DNA from: Pseudomonadota bacterium
Lineage (GTDB): Bacteria > Campylobacterota > Campylobacteria > Campylobacterales > Sulfurimonadaceae
Direction: 5' to 3'
Assembly (NCBI GenBank): GCA_043797085.1
Contig: JAZDQA010000001.1
Span: 129,004-193,003 of the forward strand
Length of the DNA stretch: 64,000 nucleotides
Below, piece after piece: positions 1 through 10,535 of this stretch. Positions within the stretch are counted from its first letter, which is position 1; each line of letters starts with the position of its first letter. The notes beneath the pieces were generated by a model. It made no database searches. It saw only the letters and a program-made list of their open reading frames with translations, and was not told the DNA's origin. Made by a program: the position numbers and the translations under genes.

Positions 1-398
1 TTAATAAGTTACACACTGAGGCAACGTATGGTGATGCTAGCGTAACGGTTATTGATCCTAGTACAAGTTCATCTTTACCTAATGGAACATCCACCTATGC
101 AGATGGAATTGAGACCTATAAGTTTAATCCATTTACGGTTCGCCAAGGATATAAAGCACATATTGATACTGAGGGGTGGTTGTGGAACAGCATCGCTGCA
201 AATGTTTATAAAGATCCAGTCTATCCAGTTACAGCAGCTAATGATTGCGACAACCATCCGTGTTTTAATATTACATTTGGACGGATTATTGGAAATACCG
301 GAAGTGCGAAAACAGAATCGGAAAATGCTAAAGCCAATAAAAAATCGTCTTCTGTGGGATGGAGCACTACGAACGAATATGCTCCTGCAATACGATGA
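1..398 (+). CDS. C-terminal part of a large MshQ-like / pilus-associated protein (5' truncated by window)
   Basis: Open frame from position 3 to TGA at 396-398 (NKLHTEATYG...IDTEGWLWN...YAPAIR); directly precedes three pseudopilin genes with ATGA overlap. Confidence 0.5.
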   Translation, partial: NKLHTEATYGDASVTVIDPSTSSSLPNGTSTYADGIETYKFNPFTVRQGYKAHIDTEGWLWNSIAANVYKDPVYPVTAANDCDNHPCFNITFGRIIGNTGSAKTESENAKANKKSSSVGWSTTNEYAPAIR

Positions 399-1102
399 AT
401 AGGGAGAGAAAAATGCGTTCGGCGATGGCAATGATAGAGTTGATTTTTGCAATTGTTATTATTGCGATTAGTGTGATGACAATACCCTCGATGATGAATA
501 TAGCAGATCAAGCAAGTAAAAGAATTGCGATCGATGATGATGTGATGGCACGTCTAAGTGGACAGATGATTGACAAATTTCAGGCACGATGGGGGGGAGA
601 ATATGTTGGAATAGATAATAATGAATCAACACCTGTATTTACTTCTGCTATTACGACGATGCCGGATTTGAATTGTTCTAGAATTGTAGGGACACAAGCT
701 TTTCGTGCTAATCCTGATTCATCGGTTGAGTGTAATTTAACACAAATCCCACTTGCGATCCCGGCTACAACAGGTGCTGGTGCTGATGGTAATGTTTCCA
801 AAGGTCTTGAGATGCTGAATTCAGGTACGGAGACACTCAGAGTAACATCATCGACGGGAGAAACATTTGACATTTATGCAACGTATAATGTACGATATGT
901 TCCATCTGTTTTAACAAGTCTAACGGGTAATACTGCTACAGCGACATGGCGTCTTGGCTCATCAGGAGCTATTGATCAAGATATAGATGGCTCACTAACC
1001 GCCAAAACTCATCTCAAGCGAGTAGTAGTACGTTTTTGGAATAATAGCTTGGGTGTCGATACGACACTCACCTTCTTTAAATCAAATAAAGGTAGCAACT
1101 AA
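395..1102 (+). CDS. Prepilin-type (MshD-like) pseudopilin
   Basis: N-terminal SA/MAMIELIFAIVIIAI type IV pilin-like cleavage and hydrophobic segment with E5; ATG at 395 overlaps the upstream stop. Confidence 0.7.
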   Translation: MNRERKMRSAMAMIELIFAIVIIAISVMTIPSMMNIADQASKRIAIDDDVMARLSGQMIDKFQARWGGEYVGIDNNESTPVFTSAITTMPDLNCSRIVGTQAFRANPDSSVECNLTQIPLAIPATTGAGADGNVSKGLEMLNSGTETLRVTSSTGETFDIYATYNVRYVPSVLTSLTGNTATATWRLGSSGAIDQDIDGSLTAKTHLKRVVVRFWNNSLGVDTTLTFFKSNKGSN

Positions 1103-2043
1103 TGTTAAAAGGTAAATTGCGCAGAGGATTTACGTTTATCGAGTTGCTTTTTGTGATTGTTATATTAGGAATTGTCGGAGGGATAGCCCTTGAGGCTATT
1201 CGCCTCTATTATGAGGGGATTTATCGTACTCAAACGTACGCTCAACGCGTAAATGAAGCGGACCAAATACTGGATAAACTCACGAAGTATTTTGAGAATG
1301 CTATTGAGTATTCTATTGTTAATTTAGATAAAGATAAAGTCGATACAGCTCTTGATGGCGGAGATTGTGCAGAACCTGGAGAAGAGGCAAATGAAGCTAC
1401 TGCACATGATTATACCGTGGCTTTTTTAGGAGTAGATGTTGATAGTCTGCGTACTGGGAATATCCCAGGATGGAGTGAGCAACCTAAAATAGATTTTACA
1501 GCGCTTATCTTAACCTCTAATGATGCTAACTTTACGTCAGCTGATAACGTGATTAAGGCGCTCTATCCTGCTTCTGATCTTGCAAATTCAGCAATTTACA
1601 ACCATCAGGGTATTGTTGGGTCGTGTAGCAATTTAAACTGGGATAAGGCAGGAGGATTACAGGGATATTATCCTATCACTGGGGTACCTTCTGTACATAC
1701 TTTGCCTTTGACAAATCCTGGAGGCGGTGATGATGATACTCAAAAATACCTTATTCGTACAGGATATGCTTTTCGAGTATTAAATACAGGTGATTTTATG
1801 ATGTATTCTAATTTTAGACCATGGAAAATGCCAGCTGAACCTTATAGTGGTGGTAAAAAAAGCATATTAGGTCAAAATGTTGCAAGTTTTTATGTTGATT
1901 TTAACAATACCAACTCTTATGCTGATAGAGGAAGTATATGGCGTTTAAAAGTATGTATGCGAGGAGTAGATTCAAATCTCTCGACTAGTGACATTGCGGC
2001 ATCAGCAATCTGCCGTGAAAGGAAAGTTCATGTACGCTACTAA
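1102..2043 (+). CDS. Prepilin-type (MshO-like) pseudopilin
   Basis: RRG/FTFIELLFVIVILGIVG canonical N-methylation motif. Confidence 0.8.
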   Translation: MLKGKLRRGFTFIELLFVIVILGIVGGIALEAIRLYYEGIYRTQTYAQRVNEADQILDKLTKYFENAIEYSIVNLDKDKVDTALDGGDCAEPGEEANEATAHDYTVAFLGVDVDSLRTGNIPGWSEQPKIDFTALILTSNDANFTSADNVIKALYPASDLANSAIYNHQGIVGSCSNLNWDKAGGLQGYYPITGVPSVHTLPLTNPGGGDDDTQKYLIRTGYAFRVLNTGDFMMYSNFRPWKMPAEPYSGGKKSILGQNVASFYVDFNNTNSYADRGSIWRLKVCMRGVDSNLSTSDIAASAICRERKVHVRY

Positions 2044-2500
2044 GCACAGTGGTTTTGCCATGATATTAGCGATATTTATAGTTGTACTTATTGCGTTAGG
2101 TGGGGTAATACTACTTGGTAATACATCGATAGGGGCTAAGTCAATCGGGGATAATTATCTCAAGGCACAAGCTGAGTTATTGGCAATGAGTGCTACAGAG
2201 TTTGCAGTGATGCGAGCGCAAGATTTTGATACATTAGGTGCAAATTGTCTTAATCAGCTGAATATCACCGTACAAGATGCTACTGGATCGGCTATGTTTG
2301 ATGCTAATGTTACTATAAGTTATTCTTTCAAGGGTGCAAAACCTGTAAATGGTCAATGTAATACACTGGATGAAAACGCAACTAAACCTGTTGGTGGTGG
2401 GGCTATGATGCTTATCGATACAGTAGTTACAACAACACCCGGCACAAACCTTTCTACAGAGCCGATACGAGTTTTTAAGCGGACTTGGCAGAAGCTGTAA
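2030..2500 (+). CDS. MshP/PilX-like minor pilin
   Basis: SG/FAMILAIFIVVLIALGG lacking E5, typical of the PilX/MshP/GspK class; last gene of the pilin cluster. Confidence 0.65.
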   Translation: MYATKHSGFAMILAIFIVVLIALGGVILLGNTSIGAKSIGDNYLKAQAELLAMSATEFAVMRAQDFDTLGANCLNQLNITVQDATGSAMFDANVTISYSFKGAKPVNGQCNTLDENATKPVGGGAMMLIDTVVTTTPGTNLSTEPIRVFKRTWQKL

Positions 2501-2512
2501 GAGTAAGTATTC

Positions 2513-2624
2513 TCTCGTTCTCAGGTTGCACAGCTTGGGAAAGCATATCTAAGCCAGATAATACATGTTTTTTTGTGAACTTAGAGTGATATATACTCCC
2601 AAGCTGGAGCTTTGGAGCTAGGGG
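2513..2624. repeat. Degenerate REP/REPIN-like inverted-repeat element
   Basis: Perfect 10-bp inverted repeat cagcttggga (2531-2540) / tcccaagctg (2597-2606) with degenerate extensions, between convergent operons. Confidence 0.5.
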
Positions 2625-2654
2625 AAAAGAATAGGAATGCCGTGCGAGAAGAAT

Positions 2655-3032
2655 TTATATCGTGAGTTGTGCTATTTTAGAAACAACATCTTTTTCGCGG
2701 ATAGGTTTCATTAGAAAACCGTTTGCTCCGCAATCCAGTGCTTCCCCTTTTTTAGTCTCATCCGTTGTCAGAACAATCACCGGAAGTTGACGGAGTGAGT
2801 CATCTGCACGGATGACTTTGAGCATTTCAATTCCACCCATAACCGGCATGATAATATCGAGTAAAATGATGTCAATATCATCTTGTGATTTAAGAATACC
2901 GATAGCATCCGCACCATTTTTTGCTTCAATAACTTGCGCTACATTAGGCGATTTCATAAGCATTGATTTTAGCAATTTCAAGTTGATCATATCATCATCC
3001 ACCGCTAAAACTTTGAGTTTTTTTACATCCAT
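2655..3032 (-). CDS. Single-domain response regulator (CheY-like)
   Basis: VDDD, LLDIIMP and conserved KP receiver motifs; no output domain. Confidence 0.9.
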   Translation of the reverse strand: MDVKKLKVLAVDDDMINLKLLKSMLMKSPNVAQVIEAKNGADAIGILKSQDDIDIILLDIIMPVMGGIEMLKVIRADDSLRQLPVIVLTTDETKKGEALDCGANGFLMKPIREKDVVSKIAQLTI

Positions 3033-3047
3033 TTATAGGTTCCTGCT

Positions 3048-6000
3048 TTAGATAAATTTTTCAAACACAAGTCGTAACAAGTCTTTATTAACGATGTTTT
3101 TAATCATTTCATGGACATACAGTGCATCGTTCTTATCATTATCTGCCGATGGATCAACCAGCATAATCAAAGAAATGTCACTATTATTTTCATGGATTAT
3201 ATCAGATAGTTCTTTTAGATTAAGACTTGCCAGCCCTTTATCAAACAATGCTACTTTATAATGCTTGTTTTTAAGATTTGAATAAAGCTCATCGACATTG
3301 TTGGTGCTTACATAGGTATAACCTAGATCATCAAGTATATGGGTGAAAAGTTTCATTTCGAGAGAGTTTTGTTTGGCAATCAAAATATCAGCATCGTATG
3401 CAGATCCGTGTATATCAGTGCTTTCGCTGGATACAGAAGATTCTGGAATACTTTCCTCTTCAAGAACTTCTTCGTTAGCAGGAAGTTCATCAAGTACGAT
3501 TTCATCACTCATGACTTGGGAATCGATAGATTCTTCATCGATATTTTCACTAATCTCTGATTCATCTTCTATAAGTAGAGGAGTTTCAATAAGCTCTTCA
3601 TCTGCTAGCGGTTCTATATGAACTACTTCTTCTTCAATGGTATTTTCAATGTTTGTGTCACTATCATCATACCCGACAAGTTCATCAGCTGATTTAGGAA
3701 TGATATTCAAATCAATGATCTTATGAGAAAGAAAATTATTGAGCAAAGAGATAATATCACTGCGAACCAGTGGCTTGGTTGTATATTCATCCATTCCTAC
3801 TGACATAAAGCGTTCGCGGTCGCCTTTGAGTGCATTGGCTGTAAGTGCAATGATGGGAACATGGTGTTGATCATAATCCTCTTCGAAGTCCAAAATTTCT
3901 TGTGTTGCCTCCATACCATCAAGTACAGGCATTTGAATATCCATGAAAATGAGATCGAACTCTCCATTTTTACGTTTTTCAAATGCTTCTAAACCATTGT
4001 TTGCAAGAGTTACAGTGAGTCCTAAGTCTTCAAGTGTACGTTTGATCAGTTTTTGATTAATAACATTGTCTTCCGCTACTAGTATATTGGCAGCAAAACG
4101 TGAATTTTTCTCATCGAACTTTTTACGACGGGATGTTTTTTGTTTACGAGTATTGAATGCTTCTGCATCATATGATTCCAATACAGCTCGTATTTTTGAA
4201 CTGTTTAATGGCTCATAAAGAACTTTAAATAAATCAAGACCCATGGAATCGATTTTTTTCATGTAATACGATTTGGTAATTAGAATGGTTTGCTCATTGG
4301 CCGAAGCAAATGTGATGAGATCATCATCGTTAGTGAAATCGTTGTCTACAAAGAGAAGATCATAGTTTACTTGACGTTCTAATATTTTTAACTCTTCTAT
4401 TTCAGTAAAGGTTGTATAGCTCACCCCAAGATAATCAAGATATTCTTTGAGGTACGTACTTTGTACTTTTTTCTTCGTTTTACTCTCATGTATTACGGCA
4501 TTGATGTTTGAGAATGAACCTTTGACCGGTTCATTGAGTGTTTCGATCTCGTCAAAGGATAAGGTGAAGAAGAACGTTGTTCCCTCGCCAGGTTGACTTT
4601 CAAGATCAAGTTTACCGCCCATAAGTTCAACGAAACGGCTTGAAATGGTTAGACCCAATCCAGTTCCGCCATATTTACGGGTAATGGAAGTGTCTGCTTG
4701 ACCAAATGCTTCAAAAATACGTGATTTTTGTTCACTGGTAACACCGATACCGCTGTCTTTAACTTGGAAGCGAACGCGTGCACGATTGGGTTCATCAGAT
4801 TCGATACGACGAACATCAACGTTGACACTCCCACCGCTGTTAGTAAATTTAACCGCATTACTAAGAAGATTGATAATAACTTCTTTAATTTTGGTCGGGT
4901 CTCCTTTGAGCGGACGCTCAAGACTTGGGTCGATGAAACAGCCAAGGTCAATGTGTTTTTCAGACGCACGAACTGCATAGACTTCAACAGCACTTTCAAA
5001 CTCATCCATTGGATTAAAGGCAATGTCTTCGATTTCAAGTTTATTACTCTCAATTTTAGAGAGGTCAAGAATATTATTGATAATTTCAAGAAGATTTTCA
5101 GAACTTTTTTCGATGATATCAATAAATTCTCGTTGTTCATCATGAAGGTCAGTATCTTTTAACAATTCGGTGAAACCAACGATACCATTGAGAGGCGTAC
5201 GGATTTCATGGGACATATTTGCCAAGAACATAGATTTCGCTTCACTGGCTTCTTGAGCAAATTGCTTATCACCAAGTGTCTGCTCAATGATACGTTCCAA
5301 GAGGGCATAGGCTTGGGCAGTACCCTCGGATGTGTCGAGATTGATTGATTTACTGAGGGCATCAGCCTCATTATCGTGTGTATCTTCGGCAACCCGCTTA
5401 AGAACGGACTCAAGATTTTTGATATTTTTTTCAATTTCATTAGAGAGGATGTACCCTAAAATACCTAGTAAAACGTTTACTAACCATATGGTAATCGTAC
5501 TAATAAGCAGTTGGAGAGCTTGTGTTTTAATAACACTTGCTCGTTCGTCCATACTGTCAAGGAGAATTTTTTCAGTTTCACTGATAGCATTGATTTTTTC
5601 AGAAAGCATCGCAAACCAAATTCCGGATTGCGTTTCATACTGTGCATCATTTCCTGTACGCAAAATAATACCGCGTTCGGCTGTAATGTCTTGAAATAGC
5701 TCCGTATTATCTTCAGTGAAGAGTGATGCGTTTAGTGAGTCTCTTAAGGGTTTGTTGACAATCGAATCAAAATTTAGAGCATCCGCTTTTGCAACAAAAC
5801 TAAGCCATCGGTTGAGCTCATCATCCTCTAGTACGGTTCCGCGTGAAAGGATATAGGTAATGTAATCACGCTCTAAGCTGGTTTGCTCATTGGCACGCAC
5901 AAGAGAAAGGTAGCTGTTTTCCATGGCAGAAACTTGATCGTCTAGCTGAAGTGCAGCAAGTGAGGAGAGTTCAGCAATTAATGCTGTCTGTGATTTTCCA

Positions 6001-6407
6001 TAGACATCATCAAAAATTTCATTAAAGTCAGCCGTTTGGTTATCAACGGACGGTTTTGATTGACGTCGCGCTTTTTCCAATGCAGCGATCATTTCGGTGG
6101 TTTTTGCGGAGGTATAGCTCGTATCAAATGCTTTGAGTTTTTGATCAACGATAGCGCGTTGAGCTTTAAGAGAGTTAAGGGTAGTATCAGAGGCATTACC
6201 CAAATACATTACCGTCATTCCTCGCTCACGAGAAATGTTATTGATTAGGTCATTGAGCTGTTTGTTCTCTTCAAGGCGTGATTGAAGTGTTTGGACCGAT
6301 TGTAAGCTCATGTATGACGTATAAACATAATAGCTTGCGAGTGAAAACAAAATTAGAATCGGAAGGAGACTGATCAGTCGAAGTCGATTTTTAAGTCCTA
6401 AATGCAT
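3048..6407 (-). CDS. Hybrid sensor histidine kinase with periplasmic NIT (nitrate/nitrite-sensing)-like domain and receiver domains
   Basis: Two TM helices around [19 protein letters not shown]-like motifs; H-box [15 protein letters not shown] boxes; receiver DIQMP; additional degenerate receivers. Confidence 0.85.
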   Translation of the reverse strand: MHLGLKNRLRLISLLPILILFSLASYYVYTSYMSLQSVQTLQSRLEENKQLNDLINNISRERGMTVMYLGNASDTTLNSLKAQRAIVDQKLKAFDTSYTSAKTTEMIAALEKARRQSKPSVDNQTADFNEIFDDVYGKSQTALIAELSSLAALQLDDQVSAMENSYLSLVRANEQTSLERDYITYILSRGTVLEDDELNRWLSFVAKADALNFDSIVNKPLRDSLNASLFTEDNTELFQDITAERGIILRTGNDAQYETQSGIWFAMLSEKINAISETEKILLDSMDERASVIKTQALQLLISTITIWLVNVLLGILGYILSNEIEKNIKNLESVLKRVAEDTHDNEADALSKSINLDTSEGTAQAYALLERIIEQTLGDKQFAQEASEAKSMFLANMSHEIRTPLNGIVGFTELLKDTDLHDEQREFIDIIEKSSENLLEIINNILDLSKIESNKLEIEDIAFNPMDEFESAVEVYAVRASEKHIDLGCFIDPSLERPLKGDPTKIKEVIINLLSNAVKFTNSGGSVNVDVRRIESDEPNRARVRFQVKDSGIGVTSEQKSRIFEAFGQADTSITRKYGGTGLGLTISSRFVELMGGKLDLESQPGEGTTFFFTLSFDEIETLNEPVKGSFSNINAVIHESKTKKKVQSTYLKEYLDYLGVSYTTFTEIEELKILERQVNYDLLFVDNDFTNDDDLITFASANEQTILITKSYYMKKIDSMGLDLFKVLYEPLNSSKIRAVLESYDAEAFNTRKQKTSRRKKFDEKNSRFAANILVAEDNVINQKLIKRTLEDLGLTVTLANNGLEAFEKRKNGEFDLIFMDIQMPVLDGMEATQEILDFEEDYDQHHVPIIALTANALKGDRERFMSVGMDEYTTKPLVRSDIISLLNNFLSHKIIDLNIIPKSADELVGYDDSDTNIENTIEEEVVHIEPLADEELIETPLLIEDESEISENIDEESIDSQVMSDEIVLDELPANEEVLEEESIPESSVSSESTDIHGSAYDADILIAKQNSLEMKLFTHILDDLGYTYVSTNNVDELYSNLKNKHYKVALFDKGLASLNLKELSDIIHENNSDISLIMLVDPSADNDKNDALYVHEMIKNIVNKDLLRLVFEKFI

Positions 6408-6418
6408 GGTTATTCCTC

Positions 6419-8041
6419 TTAAAGTTGATCAAGATAGTTGTTAAGCCGAGCCGAGGCTTTTTTGGCTTCTTGTGCGTCGTTTGTTTTTGACAAAATTGCG
6501 AGCTCTTCAGAAATTTCACTCATACGAAGATTATCACTAATTCCTTTGAGTTTAGCTGCACTATCTCTCCATGTATGGGTGTCAAAAGCAATAATTGCCT
6601 GTGTTATTTGATTACTGATGAGATTGGCATCGTTTTTATAATCAAAAATCAGCTCATCAAAAAAGCTTTTGTCCATATCTAATTCTCTCGCTGCACGTTG
6701 TGAATCGTAGTGAAACACTGGTAGTTTTACCGCAAGATTTTCATTGATTTCCTCTTTTTCTATTACTGCGTCTGTTTCATTTTCAGCGGTAATATCTTCG
6801 AGATCAAATAACTCTTTTTTGAAGACACTTTCTTTTGGGCGGAATGATGCGAGAAGTTCTTCGGGTGAAGTTATCTCTTCCTCGTGCACTATAAGCGGTT
6901 CATTGTCGTATTGTTTAAGTCCAAAGGAGTAAATGTCTTCAACTGTTTCATTTGCAACAGCAATAGGTTTTTTATCTGGAGGGATGATTGCTGTTGCGCT
7001 GCTTTGTACGGCAGCTTCTTCGTCCATTATATCTTCTTGAACACTCTCTTCTCCCGAAAGTTTTGAAATGATATTAAAGTAATATTTGAGATTTGCTTCG
7101 ACTTCTTCAAGATCGGTTGAAGCATTGATGAAGGTCAGTGTCTCAAAAGCATCTTCAATCCTAAGATTGGCAGCTACCCCTTTTAGTTTATGGGATAAAA
7201 TATGTAAATTATTAAAATCATTTTTCAAAGCTGCTTCAAAGAGGTCTTCTTTAAAGTCGAGTGACTGCTGAATAAAATCACCGATAAACTCTTCGATAAG
7301 GTCAACCGGTAGTCCAAGTTCATTAGAAGCTACATGGGGATCATACGAATAGGTATTTTTTACTTTATGCTGAGAGAGAAATTCTTTTTCTTGAGTACTG
7401 TATTGCGCGCTTCCAAGCATTGGACGAGCTTTTAGAGGAGTGGCTTCCATCACTGGTTCTTCAAGCACTTCTTTGAAATGAGATAGTTCAGTTTTTGCAT
7501 TCAGCTCCGGATACAAATCATCAATTTCATCAAAAGAAGAATACTCTATATCGGGGATATCTAAGATGCCGGGTTCGCTAAGTTTTGTTGGGGCAATGTG
7601 AGAATAATCAGGTAAAGGAGGGGGCTCTTTTATCTGAAAAGGGTCATTTTTAGGGGCATGAAACTCATCTTTATGAGTTTTTGGAGAAATAATATGGGGC
7701 TTAATATCTTCACCGCTAATGGCTTTAATCTGGGACATTTCAATGTTATAGCCGTTTTCGGAAGGGTTTTCACAAAGATACATCTTATTAACGGTAAGTT
7801 TGCAGCTAAATACCCGTCCATTGCCGTGAACAATAGCACTGGAGGCATCAGAGTCTGCATGGAGAAGAAAATTGATCCAACCAAAATTTTTAAAATTATG
7901 GATGTATCCCGGTTCGTTTGCAAACAAATCAGCAACGTCCGAGCAAACATTTAGAAGTCCATCCAGTGATGAATAGTTAAGGAGGCGTAACCCCTCTTCA
8001 TCAACACCGATGAACTCTTGTTTGTGATTGTATAGTAACAC
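6419..8041 (-). CDS. Hpt-domain phosphorelay protein
   Basis: [11 protein letters not shown]pt motif; second Hpt-like repeat [11 protein letters not shown] at the C-terminus. Confidence 0.75.
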   Translation of the reverse strand: MLLYNHKQEFIGVDEEGLRLLNYSSLDGLLNVCSDVADLFANEPGYIHNFKNFGWINFLLHADSDASSAIVHGNGRVFSCKLTVNKMYLCENPSENGYNIEMSQIKAISGEDIKPHIISPKTHKDEFHAPKNDPFQIKEPPPLPDYSHIAPTKLSEPGILDIPDIEYSSFDEIDDLYPELNAKTELSHFKEVLEEPVMEATPLKARPMLGSAQYSTQEKEFLSQHKVKNTYSYDPHVASNELGLPVDLIEEFIGDFIQQSLDFKEDLFEAALKNDFNNLHILSHKLKGVAANLRIEDAFETLTFINASTDLEEVEANLKYYFNIISKLSGEESVQEDIMDEEAAVQSSATAIIPPDKKPIAVANETVEDIYSFGLKQYDNEPLIVHEEEITSPEELLASFRPKESVFKKELFDLEDITAENETDAVIEKEEINENLAVKLPVFHYDSQRAARELDMDKSFFDELIFDYKNDANLISNQITQAIIAFDTHTWRDSAAKLKGISDNLRMSEISEELAILSKTNDAQEAKKASARLNNYLDQL

Positions 8042-8052
8042 GTTTTCTCCCT

Positions 8053-8466
8053 TTAGCTTTCTTGCTCAATCATTTTTTTATAAATCTCGGCTGTTTCTTC
8101 AATATTTTTACGAGATGCAGGTTTTCGAGCGGCCATATATCCTTTGACAATACCGTTATTGTCGTATATAGGAGAGACTTCAGTATCAACCCAATAAAAT
8201 TTGCCGTCTTTACGTAAATTTTTGACCAAACCATGCCAAATCGTTCCGGATTGGATGGTTTTCCATACTTGAGCGAAAGCTGCTTTGGGCATATCGGGAT
8301 GGCGGATGATGTTGTGAGGTTGACCAACAAGTTCACTTGACGTGTAGCCGGATATTTCACAAAATCGACGATTAGCAAAAGTAATCAGCCCCTCTAAATC
8401 CGTTTCACTGACGATGGCACGCCCTTCAAAAAAGTATTCTTCATCGACTGCAACGGGTCTTTCCAT
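8053..8466 (-). CDS. Stand-alone PAS protein (Aer/CetB-like FAD-binding PAS)
   Basis: IVSETDLEGLITFAN...PHNIIRHPDMPKAAF...W...VKNLRKDGKFYWV Aer-PAS signature. Confidence 0.85.
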   Translation of the reverse strand: MERPVAVDEEYFFEGRAIVSETDLEGLITFANRRFCEISGYTSSELVGQPHNIIRHPDMPKAAFAQVWKTIQSGTIWHGLVKNLRKDGKFYWVDTEVSPIYDNNGIVKGYMAARKPASRKNIEETAEIYKKMIEQES

Positions 8467-8543
8467 AATCCATCTCCTTTTAGCTAAAAAAATACTGATA
8501 AATATAATTTAAAGAATATGGCATAAAGAAGGTAAAAGAATTC

Positions 8544-10349
8544 TTAGTTTGTCTCTGATAGGGATAAATTTTGGATAATTTTGGCATCTTTTGTTCCAAT
8601 TAGTTCAATTAGAGTCTCAAGAGCCCCATTTTGTATGGCTTCAAAAGTACCATAATAATCTAATAATTTAATGATCTTTGGGAGCGTTATCCCTTTTTGA
8701 GAGAGAAATTTTGATTCTTGGTCCTGTTTTAGTTTGGTTTTTTTGTGAAAAGTAATGGCACTTCTGTGTGCCTCGTCACGTAGATGCTGAATGAATTGGA
8801 GTCGTTTGTCGTAAGGTTCCAAAGTATATGTTTCTTCTTGTGTGTGGAGAGCGTCTCGTGCTGAACCTTTGGCCCGATGTGCTTTGGCATCTAGCTTTTC
8901 TTTGCTGATGGCAATAACATCAAGAGTAGTTCCGGATGATTGAAGTAAGTCTATTGCAAGGGTACGCAAGGTTGTACCACCGTCAAGTACCCATAAGTCA
9001 GGAGGGGGATTGGTGGAAAAGCTTTCGATACGACGCGTGAGCATTTCGCGCATTTGTCCGTATTCATCTCGTTCGTGCAGATGGTATTGTCGGGTGCTGG
9101 ATTTTTCAAACGCACCCTCCGTGTATACCACCATAGCTCCTACGGTAGCAACGCCACCTAAATGAGAGTTGTCGAAAGTTTCGATACGATTTGGGAAGTT
9201 TTGAAGAGAAAGAAGTTGTTGAAGGGAGAGTAATAAATCTGTATTATTGGGTTTATAGGTTTTTAGAAGCTCTTGGGCATTGGTGAGGGCGAGGGTTACA
9301 AGCTGTTTTTTGATCCCTTTTTGGGGAGCTTCAAGAAGGGCTTTTTTTTCAAATACGATACTGAGATGATCTTCAATCCACCCTTTTTCTTCAAAAGAGT
9401 GTGCCGTTAAAATCGGAACGATAATCGGTGGCTTGAGCGTTCCATAATAATTAACCAATGCACGCTCATATCCTTCATCCAGAGAAAAATCTTCGTGTGC
9501 TGTGAAAAAGTCATGCGAACTGGAAGCTACTTTCCCATCGCGTATAAACATCCGTACGATGCATCCGCGTTCTTTGAGCGTCGCAATGGCAAAAATATCA
9601 TACGCTACATTTCGGGCGAGATCGATGCTCGAGGTAACACAGCTTTTTTCGATGCGTTCTCGTCTGTCGCGAAGCTGCATGGCCTCTTCAAAGCGCAACT
9701 CTTCAGCATAAAACTCCATTTTTTCGGTTAGTTTTGGGAGGAGAAGATTTTTGTTTTGTATCCACAATATTGCAGTATCAACAAGGCTTCGATATGCTGC
9801 CGTATCAACGGGGAATTCACAAGGTCCGAGGCATTGGTGCATTTGATAAAAGAGACACGCTTTTTTCCCTTTTAAGCAGCTTTTTTTCTGTACCAAAGGG
9901 AGTATTTCGTACAGTGAATCGAGAATATCTCGCGCACCGGTAGAAAAAGGACCAAAATAGCGAACATTTTTACCGGTGATAATTTTTCGGGTAATGTCAA
10001 ATCGGGGGTAGGTGTCGTTTAAATCAACATAAATATAAGGGTAGGTTTTATCATCGCGTAAAAGAACATTGTACCGTGGGGCAAGCTGTTTGATAAGAGA
10101 GTTTTCAAGGATCAGAGCATCGTGCTCGTTTTCAACGACGATGTAGTGCAAAGATACGGTTTCGGAGAGCATTTTTTGGATACGTAATGAGAGAGTTGAT
10201 TTGGGTTGGAGTGTCGGAGTGAGGGTAAAATAGCTTTTGACCCGCTTTGAGAGATCTTTAGCTTTTCCGATGTAGAGAATTCGCCCTTTTGGGTCAAGGT
10301 ACTGATAGATTCCCGCAGTGTGAGGAAGGGAGCGTATTATGTCGATCAT
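8544..10349 (-). CDS. uvrC: Excinuclease ABC subunit C
   Basis: GIY-YIG N-terminus (GIYQY..LYIGKAKDL), ETFDNSH, LRDEAHR motifs. Confidence 0.97.
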   Translation of the reverse strand: MIDIIRSLPHTAGIYQYLDPKGRILYIGKAKDLSKRVKSYFTLTPTLQPKSTLSLRIQKMLSETVSLHYIVVENEHDALILENSLIKQLAPRYNVLLRDDKTYPYIYVDLNDTYPRFDITRKIITGKNVRYFGPFSTGARDILDSLYEILPLVQKKSCLKGKKACLFYQMHQCLGPCEFPVDTAAYRSLVDTAILWIQNKNLLLPKLTEKMEFYAEELRFEEAMQLRDRRERIEKSCVTSSIDLARNVAYDIFAIATLKERGCIVRMFIRDGKVASSSHDFFTAHEDFSLDEGYERALVNYYGTLKPPIIVPILTAHSFEEKGWIEDHLSIVFEKKALLEAPQKGIKKQLVTLALTNAQELLKTYKPNNTDLLLSLQQLLSLQNFPNRIETFDNSHLGGVATVGAMVVYTEGAFEKSSTRQYHLHERDEYGQMREMLTRRIESFSTNPPPDLWVLDGGTTLRTLAIDLLQSSGTTLDVIAISKEKLDAKAHRAKGSARDALHTQEETYTLEPYDKRLQFIQHLRDEAHRSAITFHKKTKLKQDQESKFLSQKGITLPKIIKLLDYYGTFEAIQNGALETLIELIGTKDAKIIQNLSLSETN

Positions 10350-10381
10350 TTAAACCACTTAATCAATAATTTATCGTAGCT

Positions 10382-10390
10382 ATTATAACA
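10382..10390 (-). promoter_or_regulatory. Extended -10 promoter (TGTTATAAT) for uvrC
   Basis: Matches the TGnTATAAT consensus about 33 nt upstream of the uvrC start. Confidence 0.55.
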
Positions 10391-10424
10391 TCACCTATAT
10401 TGTTTTAATCATCTTAGGAATTCA

Positions 10425-10535
10425 ATGAGAACCATACTATTTTTTTTAGCCCTATTTATTTTGAACGGATGCGGATACAAAGCAGCACCGTATTATGAAA
10501 AATCCTCTACAGAAGGAAAAAGCGTTGCGTTATGA
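10425..10535 (+). CDS. Small lipoprotein (36 aa, LptM/YifL-like), absent from the ORF track
   Basis: MRTILFFLALFILNGCGYKAAPYYEKSSTEGKSVAL; AGGA RBS; lipobox LNGC followed by GYK..PY; overlaps the nadB start. Confidence 0.65.
   Translation: MRTILFFLALFILNGCGYKAAPYYEKSSTEGKSVAL

Noticed and set aside
591..597. Poly-G tract in a pseudopilin gene as a phase-variation site
   Set aside because: Only G7, in frame (Trp-Gly-Gly); shorter than typical Campylobacterota contingency tracts
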